Positions 30,061-40,000 of a stretch of DNA of 64,000 nt are shown here, piece after piece (within the stretch, counting starts at the first letter, position 1; each line of letters opens with the position of its first letter). Made by a program: the position numbers and the translations under genes. The notes under the pieces are model-generated. The model was not told the origin of the DNA. It did not search any database and saw only the letters and a program-made list of their open reading frames with translations. Source of the DNA: a bacterium (GTDB lineage Bacteria > Patescibacteriota > Minisyncoccia > Phycocordibacterales > Phycocordibacteraceae); contig JAJZTG010000003.1 in assembly GCA_021849125.1 (NCBI GenBank), forward strand, positions 2,133 through 66,132. Direction: 5' to 3'.

Positions 30061-31038
30061 ATGGCATTTGTCGATGAGGCGCGAGTACATGCGGAAGCAG
30101 GAAAGGGTGGCGATGGGGTCATCCGGTGGCTTCGTACCAAAGAGACCGCACGCGGCGGACCGTCGGGTGGCGATGGCGGGAACGGCGGCGACGTCGTGAT
30201 GGTCGGCGTACGCGACCTTGCAGCTCTTGCGCACTATCGATACGAAAAGAAATTCCGTGCAGAGAACGGTGAGGCGGGACGGAACGAACTGCAGCATGGG
30301 GCTAACGGCAAAGATGTCGAGCTCAAGGTCCCGGTCGGGACGGTTGCGCGAGTCGTCGATACGGGCGAAGAGTACGAGATCACAAAAGAGGATGAACGAA
30401 TCGTCCTCTTCAAAGGGGGGCGTGGCGGTCTCGGCAACGCACAGTTCAAAAGCTCGACCAACCAGAATCCGTTCCAGCAGACGCCGGGGAAGCCCGGGGA
30501 AGCGGGGGACGTCGAATTCACGCTCAAGATCATCGCTGACGTCGGTTTCGTAGGGCTCCCGAATGCCGGTAAGTCATCGCTCCTGAACGCGCTCACTCGA
30601 GCAAAATCGAAGATCGGCGACTACCCGTTTACGACACTCGAACCGAACCTCGGTGATTTTTATGGATATATCCTTGCTGACATTCCCGGTCTCATCGAAG
30701 GCGCCTCGTCCGGGCGAGGTCTTGGTACGAAATTCTTGCGGCATGTCGAACGTACCGGATTCTTGCTGCATCTCGTCTCGGCTGACCAAGAAGATCCTCT
30801 TGCAGCGTATAGGGAAGTAAGGAATGAGATAGAAGCTTTCGGGAAAAGCCTTTCCGAGAAGCGCGAGATCCTCGTTCTTTCCAAGATGGACCTTGTTCCC
30901 GAGGAATCTTGGGCGGCCTTGACCCTTAAGATGGCGACCGAGACGGGCAGGGAAGTGCTCGCTGTCTCGGTCGAAGACCCTGACTTGCTCAAGGCATTTT
31001 CAGACAAGCTTACGATGCTTCTTTCCGGTCGGGCCTAG
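30061..31038 (+). CDS. obgE: GTPase ObgE/CgtA
   Basis: Gly-rich Obg domain, GLPNAGKSS, YPFTTLEPNLG, DIPGLIEGA. Confidence 0.95.
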   Translation: MAFVDEARVHAEAGKGGDGVIRWLRTKETARGGPSGGDGGNGGDVVMVGVRDLAALAHYRYEKKFRAENGEAGRNELQHGANGKDVELKVPVGTVARVVDTGEEYEITKEDERIVLFKGGRGGLGNAQFKSSTNQNPFQQTPGKPGEAGDVEFTLKIIADVGFVGLPNAGKSSLLNALTRAKSKIGDYPFTTLEPNLGDFYGYILADIPGLIEGASSGRGLGTKFLRHVERTGFLLHLVSADQEDPLAAYREVRNEIEAFGKSLSEKREILVLSKMDLVPEESWAALTLKMATETGREVLAVSVEDPDLLKAFSDKLTMLLSGRA

Positions 31039-31080
31039 GGTCGGTTTTGAGCCCGCTTTTTGCTATACTGAAGGAGCTAT

Positions 31081-32499
31081 ATGGAATATCGTCCGACTAT
31101 AGGGCTCGAGATCCACGCGGAACTCAAGACCAAGACCAAGATGTTCTGCGACTCTGCGAACGATCCGGACGAGACTCGGCCGAACGTGAACGTCTGCCCG
31201 GTGTGCATGGCGCACCCTGGTACGCTTCCGGTCATAAACCGTGAGGCAGTCCGTCACATGCTCCGTATCGGTACGGCGGTCGGCGGGAAGATTGCCGACT
31301 TCAGCGAGTTCGACCGCAAGAGCTATTTCTATCCGGATATTCCGAAGGGATATCAGATCTCGCAATATGAATACCCGCTCATCTCGGGCGGTGAGCTGGC
31401 GGGCGTCGCGATCACACGCGTGCATCTCGAGGAAGACACGGCACGTTCATCGCATGAAGGCGGGAAGAGCCTCGTCGACTTCAACCGTGCGGGCATACCG
31501 CTCATGGAGCTCGTCACCGAGCCGGTGATCCACGACGCCGAGACGGCCGGACGTTTTGCACGCGAGTTGCAACTCCTCTTGCGTACGCTCGGTGCCGGCG
31601 AAGCGAATCTCGAGAAAGGTGAGATGCGCATCGAGGCGAATATCTCCGTTTCGAATGAAGAGGGTGTCTATGGGACGAAGGTCGAAGTGAAGAACCTGAA
31701 CTCGTTCCGTTCGGTCGAACGCGCGATCGCGTTCGAGATCGATCGTCAGGTCGAGCTCATCAAGTCCGGAGGGAAGGTGGTGCAAGAGACGCGCGGGTGG
31801 GATGAAGGGAAGCAAGTGACCTTCCATCAGCGCTTCAAGGAGGGAAGCGCCGACTATCGTTATTTCCCGGAACCCGACCTCCCGAAACTCACGCTTTCCG
31901 AGATACCGGAGTTCTCGACAGAAGCGATCCGTGCGACGCTCCCCGAGCTCCCGTGGGATCGCCGCGCACGGTACGCAGAGTCGTGGGGACTCAAAGAAGC
32001 CGATATCGCTTACCTCTCTGATCCGGACCGAGCCTCGTTTTTCGATACGGTGATCTCAGCACTCGGCAGCGACATCAAGCTCATCACGCTCGCTGTAAAC
32101 TACATCGTGTCCGATCTCGCGGGCATCTTCGCGAAGAACGGTAGCGAAGACTATGCGTCGATCGATCCCTCAGCATTCGCAAAGCTCATCACGCTCGTCG
32201 GGAACGGCGACCTCTCTTCACGCGGTGCGAAGGATACGCTCGCACTCTTCGTTGAGAAGGGTGGCGATCCAGAGACGCTTGCGAAGGAGGCAGGCCTTAT
32301 CCAAGTCCACGACACGGCAGCTCTCAAAGAGGCGGTGAACCAGGTCGTTACAGAAGAGGCTAAGGCAGTCGAGGAGTATCGGGCTGGCAAGGAGGCTGCG
32401 CTCCAGTATCTCCTCGGGAAGAGCATGAAGGCTACCCGTGGAGCAGGGAACCCGGCGGTCCTGAAGGAGCTCCTTATCGAGGCTCTCTCGGGTATCTAA
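31081..32499 (+). CDS. gatB: Asp/Glu-tRNA amidotransferase subunit B
   Basis: IGLEIHAEL..KMFC, YFYPDIPKGYQISQY, HLEED, DFNRAG.PLMELVTEP, DYRYFPEPDL. Confidence 0.96.
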   Translation: MEYRPTIGLEIHAELKTKTKMFCDSANDPDETRPNVNVCPVCMAHPGTLPVINREAVRHMLRIGTAVGGKIADFSEFDRKSYFYPDIPKGYQISQYEYPLISGGELAGVAITRVHLEEDTARSSHEGGKSLVDFNRAGIPLMELVTEPVIHDAETAGRFARELQLLLRTLGAGEANLEKGEMRIEANISVSNEEGVYGTKVEVKNLNSFRSVERAIAFEIDRQVELIKSGGKVVQETRGWDEGKQVTFHQRFKEGSADYRYFPEPDLPKLTLSEIPEFSTEAIRATLPELPWDRRARYAESWGLKEADIAYLSDPDRASFFDTVISALGSDIKLITLAVNYIVSDLAGIFAKNGSEDYASIDPSAFAKLITLVGNGDLSSRGAKDTLALFVEKGGDPETLAKEAGLIQVHDTAALKEAVNQVVTEEAKAVEEYRAGKEAALQYLLGKSMKATRGAGNPAVLKELLIEALSGI

Positions 32500-32520
32500 A
32501 CTCGAACGGTAAAGTGCGTC

Positions 32521-32552
32521 AGACAAGAGGCCCTAGCGGCCTTTTGTCTTTT
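32521..32552 (+). terminator. Probable intrinsic terminator after gatB
   Basis: AGACAAGAGGCC-CTAGC-GGCCTTTTGTCT followed by a T run. Confidence 0.6.
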
Positions 32553-32622
32553 CCGATAGAAAAACGTGCGGTTATGCACATGACTCTTCTTTCCGAGCCG
32601 AGATAGCCTTATAATCAAAGGC

Positions 32623-33420
32623 ATGGATGAAATAATTATTGAAGAAAAGAAATACGTATCGTCTAAGCAAGCTGCAAAGATAACCGGCTATGCGAAAGAT
32701 TATGTAGGGCAACTATGCCGAGAAGGTCGTGTACCGGCTCGTCTCGTCGGGCGTAGTTGGTATGTGCTCGAGTCGGCTATCCAGGATCATCGTTTCGGAG
32801 CGCCTGAGCTATCGGAAGAAGCTTCTAATGAGCCGATTCCGGTCTCGGTAGAGACCCAGGTCATCTCGACTCGCTATGAAGCGGTGGAAACGCCTGTATT
32901 GCCTTCTATAAACCGCTTGCGTGAGGATGTTCCGAGTATGCAGGACCAGGGTGAAGATTCGGAGGATTCAAAATCGCAAGATCTCCGTGATGCCTGGAGC
33001 AATTGGTTTAATGAGCTTCCGGTAGAGGAAAAGTCTGAGGCTGCTACTGAAGCTCCTGAGCCGATAGCGCCAGCAGAAGAAACCTCTCAGGCTATGATGG
33101 AAGAGCTTGAGGAGCCTGCAGCGCCAGTTCCAGAGGAAGAGTCTACTCAAGAGTCTGTATCTATACACATTCTTGATCGTACGTATCGTCCTACACTTGA
33201 GACGCTTGCTCCTCAGCAAGAAGAGTACCCAGCAGCGCCTGTGCGGAAGGATACACAGAAGGGTGCCCCTACTATAAGCCGCGCCGTCCGTGCTTCAGCG
33301 GTCATCATAGCGGTGATTACCGTAGTGCTTGCGGCATTCGGTACAGGTTACTTCGATACATATCTAACCTCGAATAGCCAAGCAGCATACTTAGGAGGAA
33401 TATCTATTTACAATAAATAG
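32623..33420 (+). CDS. Membrane-anchored protein with N-terminal Xis/MerR-like helix-turn-helix and acidic linker
   Basis: YVSSKQAAKITGYAKDYVGQLCREGRVPARLVGRSWYV; Glu/Pro-rich middle; C-terminal TM AVIIAVITVVLAAFG. Confidence 0.78.
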   Translation: MDEIIIEEKKYVSSKQAAKITGYAKDYVGQLCREGRVPARLVGRSWYVLESAIQDHRFGAPELSEEASNEPIPVSVETQVISTRYEAVETPVLPSINRLREDVPSMQDQGEDSEDSKSQDLRDAWSNWFNELPVEEKSEAATEAPEPIAPAEETSQAMMEELEEPAAPVPEEESTQESVSIHILDRTYRPTLETLAPQQEEYPAAPVRKDTQKGAPTISRAVRASAVIIAVITVVLAAFGTGYFDTYLTSNSQAAYLGGISIYNK

Positions 33421-33433
33421 CTTATATACTTGT

Positions 33434-33466
33434 AATCTCGCCTCGTGATAACGAGGCGAGATTTTT
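33434..33466 (+). terminator. Intrinsic terminator
   Basis: AATCTCGCCTCGT-GATA-ACGAGGCGAGATT-TTT. Confidence 0.8.
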
Positions 33467-34046
33467 GTGCCACCAAGATACCATTGGATTTCTCTTGCGG
33501 AGGAAACAGGTACGCAAGAAGTATAAGGTTATCAGTTACGACATCAGGATGGTTGCTTGCTGACGTTTAAAACCACAGATGATCGCCTGCGCGATACACC
33601 AACCTGTAAAAAATAGCCTGTTTACGCAAATAAGAAGATATTCATATATATACATATATATAGCTATATACGGGGACATCTCTCTTTTTTACTAAAATCA
33701 GCCGAACTATCTATAAGATACATAGTTTGTTCGTTTAAACGGAGTATCAATCTCTAGATGAAGAGCCTTTTGGGGCATTTTGGTGTTATTTTGGCCGAAC
33801 TTTCGTTGACGAGAGCTTTCGGAAACGTTCGTGAGGCTCCATAAGACCGTTTGAAGTTGCTTTTTAAGCAGTTCGCGATGCGCATAGTGTCGATCAACGA
33901 ATCTTTCCGAGATATCTGGTCGCTTGTACGAGTGCGCTTCAAGAAAGATTTTTTAGAACCGATACGGTGCATCGATATTATCCACATTAATATGGTTCTT
34001 AATGTCGAAATCCTAAGTTATTATTTAGTTAATTCGGATATCCGAC

Positions 34047-37000
34047 ATGAACTCTCCATTACAAAATCTCGTAACGACAAAAGAGGCAAGTGAGTCGTCG
34101 GGGTACACGTCGGACTATCTTGCGCGACTTGTCCGTTCTGGAGAAATCGAAGGAAGAAAGATCGGCCACAACTGGTTCGTCGATCGGGTGTCGCTCGAAG
34201 AGTTTCGCGACAAGCAGCGGAGTCGAAAGCTTGACCGTGCCCGTGAGCTGAGCGATACGCGCTCGCGTGAATATCACGGGAATCTTCAGGATGCGGGAGC
34301 GCCCGCACGGACCGTCCCTAAGGAGCTCATCCGGAAGACCGCGCTTCCTGCGGCAGAGGTGAGTCTTGCGCCGGTTTCGTTCGCTTCGCACCTGGTCGCT
34401 TTTACCGCAGCGCTTGCGATCGTGGGTGGCGGTGCGTTTGTCGCGCAAGCGAGCGTGGGCATACAAGCTGCAGGCCGCGTCGTTGCATTCGCGCAAGAAG
34501 CCGCAGATGGTTTCAAGATTGCTTTCGGTGATGCACCAGCACAGGTCGCCGCTCGTTTCGCGAATGTTGATACGATGATGCGCACGAGTGCCGATCGTGT
34601 CGCGATGAATGCTGCTTCGGCAGAAGCGGCGTATGCATCGCTACCGCTTGCACAGGTCACGCCGGCGACCATGCGCTCTTTCCTCGTGAAAGGATACGAG
34701 ACTCGTCAACGTGCGGTGTTCGCACAAGTGCCGTCATACAAGACTTCAACGTACGATCCGATCGATTGGGCTACGTTCGGACATGACACATACGCGTTCG
34801 TCACATCGCCGTCACGTATCCATGACGTGCTCAGTAACGCTTATCTCTCGGTAGGCATGAGCGCGTATCGCGGTATCGAGTCCGCGTTTTCCGCCTACGA
34901 AGCGTTCGTGAACCATGCGGGACAAGAGATGCTCGTGCTCGGCACCGCAACACGCGACGCGCTCGTTGCGTCGCCAAGCAAGGTCTCTCGAGCGGCAGTC
35001 GCGCTCGGCGAAGCTGTGCAAGATCTCACGCATGCGGCCATCCGTGCCGATGTTGCGCTCGCGTACGGCACCGCGGAAGCGGCGCCGGCAAGCGCGCGCG
35101 CGGTCGTGGCATTCCTCGGCTCTACGGGAAGTACGCTTGCGAATACGACGGAGCAGATCCCGCATGCGATCGCGGATGGATATCTCGCGGCTGCCGCATG
35201 GCCAGCTACCGCAGGGCCGCAACTCGCGTCGAGCGTATTCGGGCTTGAGTATCAGGCGGCACACCGCTTCGTCACGTTTACGGACGATCTATCGAGCCGA
35301 TACCTTGCCGTAGTCGAGGGCGCCGGAGCGTTTGCGTATGGTGCGACCGAGCATGCGAAATCGGCGGGCAGCCTGCTCGCCGTCGTTCCTGAGTGGCTCA
35401 CTTCAGACTCGCTCGCGCGTACGCATATTCCGCAGGCAGTCGCTGCAGTCGTAGCGGCGGTACCGGATCTCTCGGCGGGTCAACAAGCGGCACTCACGGT
35501 GTACCAGACCGTGAGCGGATTCCTCGGGGCAGCAAAGCATTTCATCGCATCGCTTATCCCGGCACCTCAGAACGTCGCGGTGCAGACGCCGGCACCGGCG
35601 GTCGCGACGACCACCGAGCGTATCATCACTGTTCCGCAGAACGTGACGACCTATCCGACCTACACCACTGTCGTGCGCGGCGCATCGCAAGAGTACGTCG
35701 CGCAGTCGATCTCATCGCTTCGAGCGGAAGTGCTCGCGACGGTCGCGAACATGATTGCTCCGATCGCGCATCAGACCGCGACCAACATCACGACGATCCA
35801 GCAGGTAAACCGCATCCAGGACCTCTCCGATCTCATCGTGCGCAACGGCGACTTCCGCGGCGGTACGTTCGACAACGGCAGGATCACGAACGGCATCTCC
35901 GTATCGGCAAACACGGGAACCTTCACGACGCTTTCGGGAGGGTCGACCTCGCTTGCAACAACGACTATCACTGGCAATCTTACGCTTAACGGTAATCAGA
36001 CGATATCTGGCTCACTCACGATCGGAACGACGACCATCACCGGACCACTTTCCACTTCGGGGACTATTACGGGCACCTACTTTGTCGCCACGAGCACGAC
36101 CGCTACTTCGACCCTTGCCGGTTCGCTTAACATCGATAGTGGGGGCTTCGTATATGCGACGTCGACACGCAACGTCGGCATCGGGGTGCTCTCGCCAGCC
36201 GCGCTTCTTGCTATACAGAACAGTACGTCGACGCAGCCGATCTTTACGGTCAAGAATGCGGCAGGTACCGAGGTATATCGCATCACGGACTCAGGATTCG
36301 TCGGCATCGGCTCCACGAGCCCTACCTACAATCTCGCGGTCGAAGGTACTTCTTCGCTCGGCAACAACGCGATTGCGGGTTACTTCACGGCCACGTCGAC
36401 GACCGCGACTTCGACCTTTGCAGGAGCGCTTGCGGTAGGCACGACTTCTCCCGTCGCAGGTGCGCTCTTCACTGTAGGCACTTCGACGCCACTGCTCCAC
36501 ATCTCAAGCAATACGGGCTACATCGGCATCGGTACGTCCTCTCCCGCGGTCGCTCTCGATCTCTACGCGACGACCGCGATGCGCATCCCGGTCGGTACGA
36601 CCGCCCAGCGTCCTTCTGGCGACGTCGGGTACATCCGCTACAACACCACCACGCATCAGTTCGAGGGTTACGGTGACAATTCCGTCTGGCAAGGGCTTGG
36701 CGGCGTCATCAATGCTGCGCAGACGACCTACATCACGGCCGGTACCGACGACTTCCTTCGTTTCGTTACCTCAAGCGTCGAACGCATGACCATCACCGCC
36801 GCAGGCCTAGTCGGCATCGGCTCCACAAGCCCGACGTACAACTTCTCGGTCGAAGGCACCTCTTCGCTCGGCAACAACGCGATTGCGGGTTACTTCACGG
36901 CCACGTCGACGACCGCGTCGCAGTTCCCCTACGCTTCCACCACGGCGCTTTCCGCCTACAACTCTCTCTTTGCCGGAAGCACGGCTACCTCAACCATCGC

Positions 37001-40000
37001 GGGTGACTACAATGCCTCAAGCATCCGCGGCGCGCTCACGGTCTACGGCAATACGACTTCCGGCTCAGCCAGCTCGCTTACGCTCCAGAGGGGAAGTACG
37101 AACGGTGACAACACGCTCGCCTTCAATGATCAGACCGGCTCGCCGCTCTTGAAGCTCTATACGAGCGCCAATACCGGCTACAGCTACCTCACTGGTTACC
37201 AGAGCTATCTTTCTCTCGGCACGAGTCTCGGTGGGCAGGTGTTGCGTATCGACACCTCGGGGAACATCACCACTACCGCGAACGTCATCCCATCGGCAAA
37301 CCAGACCTACAATCTCGGCTCACCGGCTGTTTACTGGAACAATGCGTACATAAACAACATCGTCGCGAACAACCTCTCCTCAGCCTCGACCTCGATCGCC
37401 GGCACGAACACGAGTTCTTTCAGCATCTATTCGAACAATCCGACCACTGACACTCAGGACATCTCGCTCATCTTCTATCGCGGCGCAGGCGCGTCTTCAA
37501 ACGGCGTCCTCGCATGGAACTCGACCTTGAAGCGTTTCGATCTCAATCAGAACCTTCACATCGTGAATGACTCGACCGCACCCGCTTCGACGACCCTCGT
37601 AGTCCAGGGCGTGTCGGGGCAGACGGGGCCGCTCACAAGCTGGCTCAACTCAGCTGGCGAATATCTCGCCACGCTCACCTCCAGTGGCTCCTTCGGCATC
37701 GGCACATCCTCGCCCTATGCGAGCCTCTCTATCGCAGGCTCGGCGGGAGGCACCTCAAGCCTCTTCGCCATCTCGACCTCGACCGCTGGATACGCGACCA
37801 CCACCGCGCTTTCGGTAGACCGAAACGGCAACCTATCGCTCCTAAACGGCGCGAGCCTTACGGTCTCCGGTACGACCAGTTTCTCTGGCTCATTTAGTCC
37901 GAATGTCGGCAGCAATGTTCTTCTCTCGACCAATGCCTCTGGCAACATCGTCGCGACTTCCTCACCGACGGCGGATTACTTCACCGCGACCAGCACAACC
38001 GCCTCGCAATTTCCCTATGCATCGACCACGGCGATTACAGCAAGCGGTACCGGATACTTCGGTTCTTTGGGCGGTGCAGCCTTCTCCTCGCTTACCACAA
38101 ACTACCTGCCGAAGTGGGGAAATGGTACGTTCTCGAATTCGCTCATCTTTGACAACGGCACCAACGTCGGCATCGGGACGACGAGCCCCTCCGCACTTCT
38201 TTCTATCCAAAACAACGTCTCTACCTCTTCGCCCGTTGTCTCGCTCTTTGATTCAACTGGTGCAACGTCGCTCGAGTTGCGTGCTTCGACCTCGACGCTC
38301 AACAATACCTTCATCGGAGTGAATGCTGGCGCCGTGAACACCACCGGTTCTGCTAATACTGTAATCGGGTACGGATCTTTTCCGGTGAATACCACGGGTT
38401 ATTCGAACGTCGCTGTCGGTTTTAATACGCTCTTTTCAAACACGACCGGATATTCGAATACCGCTCTTGGCATTAATGCGCTCTACACGAACACGTCCGG
38501 GTATGAGAACGTATCTGTCGGTCGTGCTTCTCTCTATTCAAATACAACCGGCACTTGGAACAGCGCCACAGGCTATCGAGCCCTCTACTCAAACACCACA
38601 GGGGTATCAAATACCGCAAATGGTTGGGGTGCTCTCAATAAAACCACGACGGGTTCCTATAACAGCGCCATTGGCGATTCCTCACTGTACTTCAATACGA
38701 CGGGCGCTAGTAACGTCGCTGTGGGCGCAGGCTCGCTCTACTACAATAACGCCGCCACTTCTTCCGTCGCAATCGGTCGTCAAGCCGGTCGCGGTACCGC
38801 CGCCTACGCGAACCAAGGCGGCGTGTACGTGGGCTACCGGTCAGGCTACAGCGCCGCCACCGGTTCAGATTTCAATACGTTTGTAGGCTACACAGCTGGC
38901 TACAACACCACCACAGGCACCTACAACATAGCGAATGGTGCCTATGCTCTCTATTCAAATACAACCGGCAACTTTAACAGTGCTCTTGGTGTGAGTGTCC
39001 TTTATGCCAACACCACCGGCTCGTACAACGTTGCAGACGGTTTTAACACACTTCGTTACAACACCACCGGCTCGTACAACGTTGCAGACGGTACAAACGC
39101 ACTCTTCTCGAACACTACTGGTGCCAACAACGTCGCTGAAGGAGCGAGTGCCCTTTACTACAACGCCTCCGCGACTTCTTCTGTCGCAGTAGGCTACGCC
39201 GCCGCTTCAGGCGCTGCCGCCTACGCGAACCAAGGCGGCGTGTACGTGGGCTACCAGTCAGGCTACAGCGCCGCCACGGGTTCAGATTTCAATACGTTTG
39301 TAGGCTACACAGCCGGATACAATACCACCACAGGCACCTACAACATAGCGAATGGTGCCTATGCTCTCTATTCAAATACAACCGGCAACTTTAACAGTGC
39401 TCTTGGTGTGAGTGTCCTTTATGCCAACACCACCGGCTCGTACAACGTTGCAGACGGTTTTAACACACTTCGTTACAACACCACCGGCTCGTACAACGTT
39501 GCAGACGGTACAAACGCACTCTTCTCGAACACTACTGGTGCCAACAACGTCGCTGAAGGAGCGAGTGCCCTTTACTACAACGCCTCCGCGACTTCTTCTG
39601 TCGCAGTAGGCTACGCCGCCGCTTCAGGCGCTGCCGCCTACGCGAACCAAGGTGGCACCTACCTCGGCTACCAGTCTGGCTATTCCGCAGCCACCGGTTC
39701 CGACTACAACACCCTTGTTGGCTACCAATCCGGCTATGGTATCACCACGGGCTCCAACAACATTTGGATCGGTGCTGCCACTTCTTCAACCGCCATTGCC
39801 AATCTCACTACCGGTTCGCAGAACATCCTTATCGGTAACAACATCTCTCTTCCCAGCGCCACCGCTTCAGGTCAGTTGAACATCGGCAACATCATCTTCG
39901 GTACGGGTATCACTGGAACCGGCTCAACCGTTTCAACGGGAAACATCGGGGTGGGGACGGCGGGGCCGGGGGCGAAGTTGCATATATACGACGGAGGTAC

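Noticed and set aside
33421-34046. Replication origin
   Set aside because: Only one perfect DnaA box, no dnaA/dnaN nearby, and no switch in gene orientation; cannot be supported without GC-skew data.
33754-34093. Short ORFs 33754-33987 (-) and 33851-34093 (+)
   Set aside because: No motifs, weak starts, and they overlap the likely promoter region of the giant gene.
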